Shown here: piece by piece, positions 9,434 to 20,173 of the stretch
How the letters are laid out: each line of letters begins with the position of its first letter
How positions within the stretch are numbered: the first letter of the stretch is position 1
Source: an uncultured Thermotogae bacterium
GTDB lineage: Bacteria > Bipolaricaulota > Bipolaricaulia > RBG-16-55-9 > DRXL01
Assembly (NCBI GenBank): GCA_964473325.1
Contig: CAYYOG010000003.1
Location: 10,478-74,477, forward strand
Direction of reading: 5' to 3'
DNA length: 64,000 nucleotides
Notes under the pieces: model-generated
Databases searched by the model: none
Seen by the model: the letters and a program-made list of their open reading frames with translations, nothing else
What the model was told of the DNA's origin: nothing
Made by a program: the position numbers and the translations under genes

Positions 9434-12400
9434 AGCCCGTTCCCGCAGGGATGCGCTTGCTCACGATCACCGCGGGCTTGAGGCTCTCTAATCTGTCTAT
9501 AGCCCCTTTGAGCGCTGCTTCAGCGAGTACTGTCGTCGTGCGCATGAACGACGCAGCGGAGAGCCAGGACTTCGTCTCCAACGCGGCCTTGGAGATGCGC
9601 AACAGCACGCGCTCGCCGTTGGGCAAACGCTTCTCAGCAATGCGCTGGGTGACTTTCTCCTTGCCGCGCTCGAGGATAAGCTCAGCTACGCCGGCGCGCA
9701 GGGCACTTTCAATCAGCTCTCGCGTCACGGTGCTGCCCTTCTCTGCTATGACAGCCCCGGTCTTGTCCGCCACTGGCGCAGCTATCGTGAGCCCGATGAT
9801 CTCTTCACGCTGCTGCCGAATCTGACGGTTCTCCTCAAGCAGACGCGTGTTCTCCGCTTGGAACTCTTCTAATAACACAAGCTCATTGGGCAGGAACTGC
9901 GAATCCCCAGGGTCAACAATCCGCACGTTGTTGAGCATCTGTCGGATGACGAGCTCGATGTGCTTGTCGTTGATGTCGACCCCTTGGCTCTTGTAGACTT
10001 TTTGGATCTCCTCCAGGAGATAGATTCTCGTCTTATCCGGGCCAGCGATGGAAAGTAACCTATGGGGTGAGGTCACGCCCTTGGAGAGCAGCTCGCCCTT
10101 CTGAACTTTGTCGCCGGCCTTCACTGTGGGCGGGTTGGTCAGCTCAACCGTCGCCTCGTGATGGTACGCGATCTCCATGAGATCTGAATCGAACGATCTG
10201 ATCGCATCGACCTTGACAAGCTCATCGCTGAGGGCAAGACGAAAGAGGGGCTCCCCCTCTTCGACCCAGTCGCCGTCATTTTTGGAGAGCGTTATATCTT
10301 CAGTGAGCGTGAATGCCTTGTCTTCCTGGGGCTGATAGACAATGATCTGATCCTTGGTGACGATGGCGGTGCCGTCGCAGGGTGCGCGCAGCTCGATCGG
10401 TTTGGAAGCTGTAGAAAGCTGCTCCCCTGTGACGACCTTATCGCCGATATTGACCAAGCGCCGCGCGCCGTAGGGAAGCTTGTAGCGCACGCGATTGCCG
10501 GTCTCTTTCTCTTTGATGATGAGCGCTCGCTCGTCGTTCTCAATGATCTCCTCGACGGTGCCGTCTACTGTAGAGACCACCGGGGGTTCATGGAAGGGTT
10601 CGGCCAAGAGCTCGTCTTTGGTGACTTTCTGGCCGTCGCGCACGAGCGGCTTGACCCCCTCAGGGAGCGTATAGACAGCGTCGTTCTCATCGAGAATATA
10701 GAGCTTGCGAAGCTTGTCAGTCTCGATGATGTGCACGGTACCGCGGCGTGGGCTGCGCTCGTTCAGCAGAGCGCTCAGCAACACGAGGGTGTTCTTCTCT
10801 GGTGGGACAACGAGGGCTTTGGGGAGATGGAGGCGCTTCTCATCGCCGTACAGGACAACGCACTGGCGCCCGGTCTCTTGCGATTGCGTGATGTCTATGA
10901 CGATACCGCTGATGGGAGCGATCTCGCCTTGCGAGCTCCGCACGGCCTTGCGTGCCTCAAAGAGCTCTTCAGCACGGGGAAGACCCTGGGTGATATCGAT
11001 CCCAGCCACACCGCCCGTGTGGAACGTCTTCATAGTTAACTGTGTGCCGGGCTCGCCGATCGATTGCGCGGCGATCACACCAACAGCCGTACCCAGCTCC
11101 ACTAATGTATGCGTGCTCAAGTCGTAGCCATAGCAGAGGCGACAGACGCCACGACGCACGGTGCACCGCATCGGAGAGCGAATGACGATTCTCGGCCGGA
11201 CTCGCACTGTCTCGATATTAAGGGCGCGGAGCTTCTCCGCCAGCGCACGGGTGATGAGCTCATCTTGAGCGACGATCACGCGATTGGTCTTGGGATCGCG
11301 AATATCTTGTGCAGCTTTGGTGCCTACGACCTTGTCATAGAAGTCACGATTGCTGGGGGAGAGCTCAGCAGTGAGATTACCGAAGCGTTGAGTCTTCTCG
11401 CGGTCGAAGCTCTCGCCGCGCTTCATGAGCGTCTCGCCCAAAAACACCAGATCTTGGGCAAGAACCCGTCCGTAGATGCGCTCAGGGATCGTCTCCATAA
11501 CTTCGTCTGGTTTATTGAAGTAGAGGGGATCGATCTCAATACCCTCGGTGGTGCCGCAGTCTTCTTCTTTCACAATGAGCTCTTCGGTGGCGTCGACCAA
11601 GCGGCGCGTGAGATACCCAGAGTCAGCGGTCTTGAGGGCCGTATCGGCTGTGCCTTTGCGGCCCCCGTGCGTGCTAATAAAGTACTCAATGACGTTGAGC
11701 CCCTCTCTAAAGTTGGAGATGACCGGCATCTCGATGATTCTCCCTGAAGGGTCGCTCATGGGGCCGCGCATCCCCGAGAGCTGTTTCACTTGGGTAGCGC
11801 TGCCGCGCGCTCCAGAGTTGACGATCATATAGAGGGGATTGAAGGGGTGCTGAGCCAAGTTGGCCATAGTCGCTTTCGCGACTTCGTCGACAGTGCCCAT
11901 CCAGATGTCGATAACTTTGTCCTTGCGCTCTTCTTCAGTGAGCAGGCCGCGCTCGTAGCGCTCATTGAGTCTCGCGACGCGCTCGCGGGCCGCTTGGATA
12001 ATGCTATCTTTCTCTGGGGAGATGAGGCAATCCCGCACGGAGATCGTTAACCCTGATCTTGTAGCCCACGAGAACCCGATCTCCTTCAAGTCATCTAAAA
12101 GTTGGACAGTGCGCTCCAAGCCGTGCCGGAAGTAACACTCCATGATGAGATCGTTGATCGCATCGGAGTCGAAGACTTTATTGTAGTCGCGCAGATCTGG
12201 CGGGAAGATGTTGTTGAGCAAGGCACGCCCTAGGGTCGTCTCTATGATCTTCCCGTCGATACGGATCTTGATAGGCGTATGGAGAGAGATGATCTTGTCG
12301 TAATAAGCGCGCTCAGCCTCCGCGATGCTGGTGAAGGCTTTGCCCTTGCCTAGGCCGTTCTCGTCGACAGTTGAGAGATAATAATACGCGAAGATCGCGT

Positions 12401-14321
12401 CTTGGGTGGGGATGCTCAAGGGGCGGCCACTCGCTGGGGAGAGTATGTTTTTGGGGGCGAGCATGATCTCGCGCGTCTCTTGGATGGCTTCTTTGCTGAG
12501 GGGCAGATGGACTGCCATCATGTCGCCGTCAAAATCGGCGTTATACGGGCGACAGACGAACGGATGGATCTGGATTGCTTCGCCGTCGACCAAGACGGGC
12601 TCGAACCCTTGGATGCCCAACCGATGGAGCGTCGGGGCGCGGTTGAGCAAGACTGGGTGCTCTTTGACTAATTGCTCTAAGATATCCCAGACTTCGGGCA
12701 TCTCTCCTGAGAGGGCTTTGTTCTTGACGTCATCGTAGTTAGAGATGGCGCTGACACCGAGCCGAGCGAGCACGAAGGGCTTAAAGAGCTCCAGGGCGAT
12801 CTTCTTGGGCAAGCCGCACTGGTGCAGTTTGAGCGTGGGGTTGACAACGATGACCGCACGGCCGGAGTAATCGACACGCTTACCCAAGAGATTTCTTCGT
12901 AGTCGTCCATGCTTCCCCTGGATGCGCTCGCTGAGGGACTTTAGCGGGCGGTTATCGCGCCCAAGGATGGGGTTATCTTTCTTTTCGTTGTGGATGAGGG
13001 CGTCGACAGCTTCTTGGAGCATTCTGCGCTCATTGCGCAAGATAATCTCCGGCGCGCCCATCTCCATGAGCTTTTTGAGCCTGTTGTTTCTGTTAATAAT
13101 ACGTCTATACAGATCGTTGAGATCAGTGGTGGCGAACTTGCCGCCCTCAAGCTGCACAATAGGGCGCAGCTCCGGGGGCAAGATGGGGATGACGTCTAAG
13201 ACCATATGGTGGGGCTGGTTGCCGCTGCGCCGCACTTGTTGCACGATCTCCAAGCGCTTGAGGAGTCTCTTGCGGCGGCCCTCCGTGGGCTCTTGCGCGA
13301 TCTGCTGATGGAGCTCGGCTTCGAGGGCGGCTAAGTCGAGATTGGCCAAGACGCCCTTGATCCCTGCGGCGCCGGTCTCGGCCTCAAACTGCCCCGGATA
13401 GAGCTTCTCGTATGCTTTCTTCTCGAGCTCCCACAACCGGTCCCCGACTTTTAAGGGGACGTTGGGGTTCTTCACGCTTGTGACCAGATAGATTAAACTA
13501 TCAACGGCTTCAACGACCTTTTTGCCCTTCAGATCAGGGTAGACGCTCTTGAGAAAGTTAAACATCGTCTCGGTGAGATACTCTTCTTTGAGCAAGCGTG
13601 CGAGAGCCTGGCCGACTTCGACTTTGCTGCCCGATTGCACGAGCAGCTCCGCACTGAGAGGCACAGGAAACGCTTTCGTCGCATTAGAGAGCTTGATGAG
13701 CTTGATCTCTTCGCCGTTGTCGAGTTTGATCTTTTCAAAAGAGACCTTGCCGTCGCCCTCCGCGCTGATCTCAAAGTCGTTCTCTAAAGCGTAGAGGCGC
13801 TCGGCTGTGAATTTCTTCTTCTCACCTAAAATCCGAAGCTGCGTACCATAGATAATATCGCCCTTGGAGAAATCTGAAGCGCTTGACTGGGTGACGATGT
13901 ACATCTCTTCTTCGAGAGGGGTGGTCTCGTAGTACGCGATCTTCTTGAGGGTGGCGCGCTTGATCCCTAACAGTGTGCTCAGGGGCGAGGAGATGCCCTT
14001 CAGATACCAAAAATGGACGACGGGGCTGGCCAGCTCCACGTGGGCCATGTTGGAACGGCGCACCTCGGAGCTGGTGACCAGCACCCCGCATTTCTCGCAG
14101 GTGATCCCTTCGTACTTGCGCCCACGATATTTCTGGCAAGCGCACTCGTAGTCGTTCTCCGGCCCAAAGATTTCTTCGGCGAAGAGACCTCCGCGCTCGG
14201 GCTTGTGCGTTCTATAATTGATCGTCTCCGATTCGGTGACCTCGCCGCGGGACCAACTTCTGATCTCCTCGGGCGAAGCCAACCCAATGCGCAATTTGGC
14301 AATATCGTCGCCGCTATACAC
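9357..14321 (-). CDS. rpoC: DNA-directed RNA polymerase subunit beta' (1654 aa; ~200-aa lineage-specific insertion after the clamp/zinc-finger region)
   Basis: Zn finger [35 protein letters not shown] catalytic motif, [21 protein letters not shown] start at 14319-14321 with AAGGGGG SD. The 3' end overlaps rdgB by 77 nt, convergently. Confidence 0.95.
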   Translation of the reverse strand: MYSGDDIAKLRIGLASPEEIRSWSRGEVTESETINYRTHKPERGGLFAEEIFGPENDYECACQKYRGRKYEGITCEKCGVLVTSSEVRRSNMAHVELASPVVHFWYLKGISSPLSTLLGIKRATLKKIAYYETTPLEEEMYIVTQSSASDFSKGDIIYGTQLRILGEKKKFTAERLYALENDFEISAEGDGKVSFEKIKLDNGEEIKLIKLSNATKAFPVPLSAELLVQSGSKVEVGQALARLLKEEYLTETMFNFLKSVYPDLKGKKVVEAVDSLIYLVTSVKNPNVPLKVGDRLWELEKKAYEKLYPGQFEAETGAAGIKGVLANLDLAALEAELHQQIAQEPTEGRRKRLLKRLEIVQQVRRSGNQPHHMVLDVIPILPPELRPIVQLEGGKFATTDLNDLYRRIINRNNRLKKLMEMGAPEIILRNERRMLQEAVDALIHNEKKDNPILGRDNRPLKSLSERIQGKHGRLRRNLLGKRVDYSGRAVIVVNPTLKLHQCGLPKKIALELFKPFVLARLGVSAISNYDDVKNKALSGEMPEVWDILEQLVKEHPVLLNRAPTLHRLGIQGFEPVLVDGEAIQIHPFVCRPYNADFDGDMMAVHLPLSKEAIQETREIMLAPKNILSPASGRPLSIPTQDAIFAYYYLSTVDENGLGKGKAFTSIAEAERAYYDKIISLHTPIKIRIDGKIIETTLGRALLNNIFPPDLRDYNKVFDSDAINDLIMECYFRHGLERTVQLLDDLKEIGFSWATRSGLTISVRDCLISPEKDSIIQAARERVARLNERYERGLLTEEERKDKVIDIWMGTVDEVAKATMANLAQHPFNPLYMIVNSGARGSATQVKQLSGMRGPMSDPSGRIIEMPVISNFREGLNVIEYFISTHGGRKGTADTALKTADSGYLTRRLVDATEELIVKEEDCGTTEGIEIDPLYFNKPDEVMETIPERIYGRVLAQDLVFLGETLMKRGESFDREKTQRFGNLTAELSPSNRDFYDKVVGTKAAQDIRDPKTNRVIVAQDELITRALAEKLRALNIETVRVRPRIVIRSPMRCTVRRGVCRLCYGYDLSTHTLVELGTAVGVIAAQSIGEPGTQLTMKTFHTGGVAGIDITQGLPRAEELFEARKAVRSSQGEIAPISGIVIDITQSQETGRQCVVLYGDEKRLHLPKALVVPPEKNTLVLLSALLNERSPRRGTVHIIETDKLRKLYILDENDAVYTLPEGVKPLVRDGQKVTKDELLAEPFHEPPVVSTVDGTVEEIIENDERALIIKEKETGNRVRYKLPYGARRLVNIGDKVVTGEQLSTASKPIELRAPCDGTAIVTKDQIIVYQPQEDKAFTLTEDITLSKNDGDWVEEGEPLFRLALSDELVKVDAIRSFDSDLMEIAYHHEATVELTNPPTVKAGDKVQKGELLSKGVTSPHRLLSIAGPDKTRIYLLEEIQKVYKSQGVDINDKHIELVIRQMLNNVRIVDPGDSQFLPNELVLLEEFQAENTRLLEENRQIRQQREEIIGLTIAAPVADKTGAVIAEKGSTVTRELIESALRAGVAELILERGKEKVTQRIAEKRLPNGERVLLRISKAALETKSWLSAASFMRTTTVLAEAALKGAIDRLESLKPAVIVSKRIPAGTGFKRPAPPSPDGGAPQQQKAVAEVGA

Positions 14322-14372
14322 GGTGACCCCCCTTAGGTGTTGCAGTGCAATGGTGCTGCTGTGCTGCAGTAT

Positions 14373-14621
14373 TCACGAATTGTTTGAGTTCGTAGACGTC
14401 TGCTGAGTTGTGCCGTTCGTTGACGGAGAGTGATTGCGTTTCCGCCCGTAATTGGTCGTGTAGAAGCCTTTCCCTTTGTATTGGATGCCGACGCGCGAGG
14501 GGAGGCGGCGTGCTTGTCTAGCTCCGCACTCCGCGCAATCCCGCTGATCTGAGCTATCGAACGAGTCGAGCACACTGAAACTATGACCACACGATTCACA
14601 AAGATAGCGATATAACGGCAT
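14373..14621 (-). CDS. FmdB-family zinc-ribbon regulatory protein
   Basis: MPLYRYLCESCGHSF…CAECGA CxxC…CxxC pattern. Start placed at ATG 14621 (GGAGGA SD) rather than the track start at 14648. Low-complexity C-terminal tail. Confidence 0.6.
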   Translation of the reverse strand: MPLYRYLCESCGHSFSVLDSFDSSDQRDCAECGARQARRLPSRVGIQYKGKGFYTTNYGRKRNHSPSTNGTTQQTSTNSNNS

Positions 14622-14748
14622 AGGAATCCTCCATGAGAGCAAACGCATAAAGTTCTAGGAAAGAAAGAGTTCTCACCGGGTCGAATCCACAGACCGCCAT
14701 CGGTCCGACAAGTATAGCAAAAACCCCCTCGTCGTGCAAATGGCGCTT

Positions 14749-15159
14749 CTATTCTATCTCGTTGGGGAAGAACAGAGCGAGTTCGCGCTGGGCCGACTGA
14801 GGGGAATCAGACCCGTGAATTAAGTTTTGTGTCAGATCGAGTCCAAAATCTCCGCGGATTGTGCCCGGAGCGGCATTGAAGGGATTCGTGGCGCCCATCA
14901 TCGTGCGCATGACGCTGATCGCGTTAGGGCCCTCAACGATCATCGCGACGGCAGGGCCGCTCGTGATAAAGTCTACTAAATCTTTAAAAAAGGGCTTTTC
15001 GCGGTGCTCGCCGTAGTGGGTCTCGGCGAGTCTTCTGTCAATGCGTATCATCTTCATCGCGACGATATTTAAGCTTTTTGCTTCGATTCTCCTGATAATT
15101 TCGCCGATGAGCCGTCGCTTGACAGCATCGGGCTTGAGCATGACGAACGTGCGTTCCAT
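14749..15159 (-). CDS. ndk: Nucleoside diphosphate kinase
   Basis: [13 protein letters not shown]…NLIHGSDS canonical NDK sequence with active-site His region. Confidence 0.9.
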   Translation of the reverse strand: MERTFVMLKPDAVKRRLIGEIIRRIEAKSLNIVAMKMIRIDRRLAETHYGEHREKPFFKDLVDFITSGPAVAMIVEGPNAISVMRTMMGATNPFNAAPGTIRGDFGLDLTQNLIHGSDSPQSAQRELALFFPNEIE

Positions 15160-15258
15160 TGGGTGCTCCTTTCAGGGGATTGAGAGTGTAGGCTTGATTG
15201 TACAAGAATTTGCGTGGAGAATCAAAATTGACTAGAATGCACGCGCAGAGGAAGTGCT

Positions 15259-15504
15259 ATGAAAGCTACTGCGAAAAAGATCTCTCCCTCCATGACTTAC
15301 ACAGCTAAGTACACGAAGATCGAATCCGGCTATATGGGGCAATTGGTGGAGTGGCCTGAAGTCATCACAGAGGGGCGCACTTTGGAAGAATGCCGCGCTT
15401 CGCTCCGCGATGCCCTCCACGAGATGATCCAAGCGTACATTCAGCTCGGTAAAGAGATCCCTCAGGGGGGAGGGTTGTTAGAGCAAATTCCCGTGGAGAT
15501 CTGA
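15259..15504 (+). CDS. hicB: HicB-family antitoxin (UPF0150)
   Basis: 81 aa; YTAKYTKIESGYMGQLVEWPEVITEGRTLEECRASLRDALHEMI matches the HicB N-terminal domain. Sits directly upstream of a HicA-like gene. Confidence 0.65.
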   Translation: MKATAKKISPSMTYTAKYTKIESGYMGQLVEWPEVITEGRTLEECRASLRDALHEMIQAYIQLGKEIPQGGGLLEQIPVEI

Positions 15505-15505
15505 A

Positions 15506-15694
15506 GTGTCAGTCAAGCGGCGAGATCTCATCAAATATCTTGAGGAGAACGGCTTCTACTTGCTGCGTGAGGGCTCAAAGCATTCGATCTACACGAACGA
15601 CATAAAAGTTGTGCCCGTCAAACGTAAAAGAGAGTTGGATCGGATCACAGCAAACGAAATCTGTAAACAAGCTGGCCTTAAACCCAAGTTTTGA
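15506..15694 (+). CDS. hicA: HicA-family mRNA interferase toxin
   Basis: 62 aa; RDLIKYLEENGFYLLREGSKHSIY…VVPVKRKRELDRITANEICKQAGL is typical HicA/YcfA. GTG start 1 nt after the hicB stop. Confidence 0.65.
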   Translation: MSVKRRDLIKYLEENGFYLLREGSKHSIYTNDIKVVPVKRKRELDRITANEICKQAGLKPKF

Positions 15695-15705
15695 TTGAGA
15701 GGGAT

Positions 15706-16812
15706 CTACGGCAGCTTCACATAGTGCTTGCCCTCAAGCTCTTGGACTACTCCTTGCAGTGAGAGCGTCAGCAGGCCCTCAGAGACCTCACTGACTGAAA
15801 GCCCCGTCTTGCTCACGATCTCGTCGAAGTGCATCGGCTCAAATTCTAAGACTGAAAAGATTTTCTCTTCGAGCGGGGAGAGCTTGGGCTTCTGTGCCGG
15901 AGCAGGTCGTTCGCGGCGCGCGGTGAAGAGCGCTCGCAGATCTTTGAATTCTTCTAGAATATCCGTGACAGTCTCGGCGAGTTTTGCTCCGTCTTTGATG
16001 AGTTTATGGCAGCCGCGATGGGATTCGCCAAGAATGGACCCAGGCACAGCGAAGACCTCTCTATTATGCTCTAACGCCCAGCGCGCTGTGATGAGCGCGC
16101 CGCTGTCAGATGGGGCTTCGACGACGAGCACACCACGGCTCAGCCCACTGATAATTCTGTTTCGCTGGGGAAACGTCCAGCGTTCGGGAGCGACCTCTGG
16201 GGAAAATTCCGTCATGGCGCAGCCACCCGAGACGATCTCTTCTAAGAGTTTTTGGTTGCTTTGGGGATAGAGCCGAGCAAAGCCGCTGCCGATGACGGCG
16301 ATCGTGCGAGCGTTGGCCTTGAGCGCGCCGCGATGCGCTGCTGTATCAATTCCTTCAGCAAGCCCGCTCACAATCGTAAATCCCAAGCGCCCAAGCTCCT
16401 GCGCAAACTGCTGGGCGACACGCCGTCCATACGAAGTCGCCCGACGCGTGCCCACAATCGCGACAGCTAATTTGTCCTTCTCGATATACTCCCCCCGCAG
16501 ATAGAGCACCGGTGGGGCGTCGGGGATCGCTCGCAGGGGCTCCGGGTACTGCGCGTCGTCCAGCGTGATCACGGTGAGGCCCAGCTGCGCGATTTGTTCT
16601 AGGGCTCTGTCTATCTCGGCTTTTTCGCGGTGGGCACAGAACTTTTCAGCAGACTCAGCGAAGCCGGGGATCTCTTTCAGTCTTGACAAGGGGGCTTCCC
16701 AAATCTCTTGGGTGCTCGAGAAATTTTCGAGCAGAATGTGAAATTTTCTGGGGCTTAAGTTCGGGATGAGCGTGAGCGCGATCCAGTAGCGTTTGGCTTC
16801 AGGAACGTCCAT
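15706..16812 (-). CDS. dprA: DNA processing protein DprA (Smf)
   Basis: Rossmann-like DprA core (LAVAIVGTRRATSYGRRVA…GLAEGIDTAAHRGAL…VVEAPSDSGALITA). Start placed at ATG 16812; the track ORF starts at GTG 16863, inside the upstream gene. Confidence 0.85.
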   Translation of the reverse strand: MDVPEAKRYWIALTLIPNLSPRKFHILLENFSSTQEIWEAPLSRLKEIPGFAESAEKFCAHREKAEIDRALEQIAQLGLTVITLDDAQYPEPLRAIPDAPPVLYLRGEYIEKDKLAVAIVGTRRATSYGRRVAQQFAQELGRLGFTIVSGLAEGIDTAAHRGALKANARTIAVIGSGFARLYPQSNQKLLEEIVSGGCAMTEFSPEVAPERWTFPQRNRIISGLSRGVLVVEAPSDSGALITARWALEHNREVFAVPGSILGESHRGCHKLIKDGAKLAETVTDILEEFKDLRALFTARRERPAPAQKPKLSPLEEKIFSVLEFEPMHFDEIVSKTGLSVSEVSEGLLTLSLQGVVQELEGKHYVKLP

Positions 16813-16817
16813 ATTCT

Positions 16818-18314
16818 TTAGGGGGTGACAGTCTTGCTGCGGCCCGGCTTCTCCTTCCCCCACGCTTTCAGTCTTAATTGATAGAGCTTCTTTGTGTCGT
16901 GGTCAGCTATTAGTAAGCGCCCGTAGCCTTGGCTGCCAGAATCCCATGCTAGCGCTATAGGGAACTGCCCTCCTTCAGGTGCGGCCATCGTCCCCAAGAC
17001 ACGCCCGTTCTCTGGGTCAACCCGTCGAATCCCGTAATGCATATCCGCGACCCACAGTGCGATACCGTCCCATGCCAATCCTACGGGCCTAGGGAAGATT
17101 TCCGAGTCGAGCTTGATCTCTTTCACCGTGCGGCCATTGCTGGGGTCGAGCGCGTAGAGCGTGGCATCTATCTCATCAATGGCCCAGAGCAACTTGCCGT
17201 CCCAGGCTAAATCTGCGGGGATAGTGCCGGGGTGCTCCCACTGCGAGAGAATTTCAAAATTCTCCAAAGAGAGTCTGTAGATCGTCATGGTGGCGCCGTC
17301 GGCGAGCCAGAAGCTCTGCCCGTCCCATTCGATCCCTGCGGGCCATTGAATCTCCTTGGGAAGATTATGCTGCGACCACGTTGCCCCCGACTCTGAAAGC
17401 CCCGTTTGGGAGTAGAGTGCTTTGCTCTTGGAGTCTACAAGCCATAATCGAGCACCGTCCCAGGTCATCCCAGCAATATCTTGCCCTGGGAGCGAGAGCA
17501 CGTGTTCCAAACCGGGCTCCCCTTGCACAGTGATAAAGAGACTATATGCGTTGCTCACTTCGCCGCGATCGTCGGTCACGCGGAGCATCACTTCGTACTG
17601 GCCGGGCTCGGAGTAGACATGGGTGACTGTAGCGCCGTGAGGGGCGGGGGCTTCGTGCCAGATGCCGTCGCCAAAGTCCCAATCGTAACTAACAATCTTG
17701 CCCTGGCGGGCTTGAGAGGCGCTCGCGTCGAAATCGATGGGCTCGCCGACTTTGGTCGTCTGTGATGAGACGACGAACTCAGCAATCGGGGGATTGATGC
17801 TGACAGGGCGCTGCGCCCAGCCGAGAGACCAAAGCCAAGCTCCAGCCGGCAGCGTGAGAGCTATAGTGCTCAAGGCGCTGTAACGAAAAGCTCTCCCGTT
17901 GAGCAGGGCGCGGATCTGCGGGCTTTGAGGCCATAGAAAGAGCGTGCCCACGGCGAGCCCCGCTGCCCCAAGCAGATAGATAGTCGCGACGGGATTGACG
18001 GGCAGAATATAAAAATACCCGAAGATCAGGCTGAGCACACCTGCGGCGCTGTAGAAGAGCGGCGCGAGCGCTTCCGTGAGGGTGACCGTGCGCTCGCGCA
18101 CCGCGCGGATGAGAAAGTAGCCCGATATCTCAAGAGCAAGCAGCGCCAGAACAAAAAAGACGCCCGTCAGTATCTTGTGCTTGAGCACCAGCTGCACGAA
18201 ATTCGTCCACGGGAAGAGTAAGCTTCCTAAGAGAGCCAGTCCAGCGAGCAGGGCCAAGCCGTGTAGGCGCAATCGCCCCAGATCGAGTGCGTGCTGAGCG
18301 CTCGTCGTGTGCAT
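16818..18314 (-). CDS. Membrane protein: N-terminal multi-TM domain, a PKD domain, and repeated WDG beta-propeller-like repeats
   Basis: ~6 hydrophobic helices in the first 170 aa; PKD signature (FDASAS…SYDWDFGDG…THVYSEPGQYEVMLRVTDDRG); repeated LAWDG/IEWDG/MTWDG motifs. Confidence 0.6.
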   Translation of the reverse strand: MHTTSAQHALDLGRLRLHGLALLAGLALLGSLLFPWTNFVQLVLKHKILTGVFFVLALLALEISGYFLIRAVRERTVTLTEALAPLFYSAAGVLSLIFGYFYILPVNPVATIYLLGAAGLAVGTLFLWPQSPQIRALLNGRAFRYSALSTIALTLPAGAWLWSLGWAQRPVSINPPIAEFVVSSQTTKVGEPIDFDASASQARQGKIVSYDWDFGDGIWHEAPAPHGATVTHVYSEPGQYEVMLRVTDDRGEVSNAYSLFITVQGEPGLEHVLSLPGQDIAGMTWDGARLWLVDSKSKALYSQTGLSESGATWSQHNLPKEIQWPAGIEWDGQSFWLADGATMTIYRLSLENFEILSQWEHPGTIPADLAWDGKLLWAIDEIDATLYALDPSNGRTVKEIKLDSEIFPRPVGLAWDGIALWVADMHYGIRRVDPENGRVLGTMAAPEGGQFPIALAWDSGSQGYGRLLIADHDTKKLYQLRLKAWGKEKPGRSKTVTP

Positions 18315-18404
18315 GTGGGCTCCCCCAGCATTTGCCCAATGACTCTGTGCTGTTCGCCTTGGCCGGCCTCTGGCTGGCCAAGATAAACGTCAAGGGAAAC
18401 TTGC

Positions 18405-18481
18405 TGGTGCGCCCGGTGCGATTTGAACGCACGACCTGCGGTTTAGGAAACCGCCGCTCTGTCCAACTGAGCTACGGGCGC
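18405..18481 (-). tRNA. tRNA-Arg (anticodon CCT), CCA encoded
   Basis: Manual cloverleaf: acceptor GCGCCCG/CGGGCGC, D-arm GCTC-AGTTGGACA-GAGC, anticodon stem GCGGT/ACCGC with loop TTCCTAA, T-arm GTGCG-TTCAAAT-CGCAC. Confidence 0.85.
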
Positions 18482-18534
18482 ACGCTGCGCGTGGGCTTCG
18501 CGAACTTCATTTAAAACAAAAATAGAGTGCCCCG

Positions 18535-19227
18535 TCAAGGACAGGGGTCATGCATGATCTGGGCATAGAGCCGGCGGGCAGCATCTTGCTCAGCGGCCTT
18601 CTTGCTGCGCCCCTTCCCTAGCGCCCACAGCTCGTTCACCTCCACCCGGACTGTAAATTCTTTACAATGATCTTCTCCTGCGCTGGTGATCAGAGTGTAG
18701 ATGGGCTTCTGGTGCTGCTCTTGCGCCCACTCTTGCAAGAGCGTCTTATAGTCTTGGCGATGGCGCCCTGCGGCGACACGCTCGATCTCCGGCTGCAAGA
18801 ATTTGCGCACCAACGCTGCCGCACGCTCGTAGCCGTAGTGAGCAAAGATCAGTCCCATTAGGGCTTCAAACGCATCGCCCAGGAGTTTGGAGTTCGAGCG
18901 TCCGCCGGACTCTTCTTCCCCGCGCCCTAAGAGCAAGCACTGATCTAAGCGTAATTCGCGCGCTTTTTCAGCGAGGACCGAGCCGCTGACAACGACAGAT
19001 TTTATCTTGGTCAGCTCGCCCTCGGTGCGATCTGGATAGTTCTTAAAGAGATACTCAGCGACGGCTAGCTCAATCACGGCGTCACCGAGAAATTCTAAAC
19101 GCTCGTTGGACTCGAGTCCTGGGAGTTGCTCATTGACGTAAGAGCTATGGCGGAAGGGGCGCTCCCACTCCTCCAGGGGGAGCTCGCTCAGACCTAGACG
19201 CTCACGCAAGCGTTCCAGCTCAGTCAC
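18535..19227 (-). CDS. rnc: Ribonuclease III
   Basis: ERLEFLGDAV RNase III signature, C-terminal dsRBD. GTG start. Confidence 0.9.
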   Translation of the reverse strand: MTELERLRERLGLSELPLEEWERPFRHSSYVNEQLPGLESNERLEFLGDAVIELAVAEYLFKNYPDRTEGELTKIKSVVVSGSVLAEKARELRLDQCLLLGRGEEESGGRSNSKLLGDAFEALMGLIFAHYGYERAAALVRKFLQPEIERVAAGRHRQDYKTLLQEWAQEQHQKPIYTLITSAGEDHCKEFTVRVEVNELWALGKGRSKKAAEQDAARRLYAQIMHDPCP

Positions 19228-19303
19228 GTGCGCGTGCAGCTATGCGGAAGTCCTGTAGATGCCCTACAGAGCTTGCGCCCAGCAGCACGACTTCACCTCG
19301 ATC

Positions 19304-19376
19304 TGCTGGGGCGGGAGGATTCGAACCTCCATTCACGGCTCCAAAGGCCGGCGTGCTACCGTTGCACCACACCCCA
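19304..19376 (-). tRNA. tRNA-Gln (anticodon TTG), no encoded CCA
   Basis: U1:A72 acceptor (TGGGGTG/CGCCCCA) typical of tRNA-Gln; D-arm GTGC-AACGGTA-GCAC; anticodon loop CTTTGGA; T-arm GGAGG-TTCGAAT-CCTCC. One C:T mismatch at the top of the anticodon stem lowers confidence. Confidence 0.6.
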
Positions 19377-19489
19377 AGACAGTCTAATCATATCGTTCAA
19401 AGCCCTCCGGTGCAAGTTCGCTCTATCGGGCGGAGAGCTTTGAACTCTCCTCCGCGGGCTGCTATAATCAGCTCCGTAGAGGTGATTGG

Positions 19490-20173
19490 ATGATCTACAT
19501 TGATCTGTACTTTGTGGTCTTGATCGTGCCAGCATTAGCGTTCTCACTCTACGCGCAGTATCGTGTCTGGTCGACTTATAATAAATATGCTCAGGAGCGG
19601 TCGGCGTCGGGCTTGACCGCAGCCCAGGCGGCGCGGCGGCTGCTCGATCGCGCCAGGCTGTATGACGTCAAGATCGAAGCCGTGCCTGGACAGCTCACAG
19701 ATCACTACGATCCGCGCACGAAGACGCTGCGGCTTTCGGCGCCGGAGAGCCGTTCTGTAGCAGCTATCGGCGTAGCAGCGCACGAGGCCGGTCACGCGCT
19801 ACAAGACGCCCAGGGTTATGCTCCCTTGGTGCTCCGCAACGCGGTGGTGCCGGTGGCTAGCTTCGGGAGCTGGTTGGCTATCCCTCTCTTCTTCCTAGGG
19901 TTGATAGCATCAATACAGCCTCTGATGTGGGCAGGGATCTTATTCTTTGCTGGGGTAGTCTTCTTCACGCTCATCACGCTTCCCGTCGAGTTTGACGCCA
20001 GTCGGCGGGCAGTGCAGATTCTTCAAGAGAGCGGGGCGATTGTCGAGCGATCCGAGCTTGGGGCAGTGCAAAAAGTCTTAAACGCTGCAGCGCTTACCTA
20101 CGTTGCTGCGGCAGCGATGGCCGTCTTGCAGCTCATCCGGTTGCTGCTGATCGCACGCGGCTCACAGAGATAG
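19490..20173 (+). CDS. Putative neutral zinc metallopeptidase (Zn_peptidase_2 / PF04298-like), membrane-associated
   Basis: LTDHYDPRTKTLRLS…AAIGVAAHEAGHALQ HExxH motif with flanking TM segments; matches the family pattern. Confidence 0.7.
   Translation: MIYIDLYFVVLIVPALAFSLYAQYRVWSTYNKYAQERSASGLTAAQAARRLLDRARLYDVKIEAVPGQLTDHYDPRTKTLRLSAPESRSVAAIGVAAHEAGHALQDAQGYAPLVLRNAVVPVASFGSWLAIPLFFLGLIASIQPLMWAGILFFAGVVFFTLITLPVEFDASRRAVQILQESGAIVERSELGAVQKVLNAAALTYVAAAAMAVLQLIRLLLIARGSQR

Noticed and set aside
16252-16504. Small plus-strand ORFs inside dprA
   Set aside because: Antisense to a confidently identified gene; no signals.
19228-19493. Two overlapping plus-strand ORFs (71 and 83 aa)
   Set aside because: They overlap tRNA-Gln on the opposite strand and the rnc upstream region; no RBS, low-complexity Pro/Arg-rich translation.
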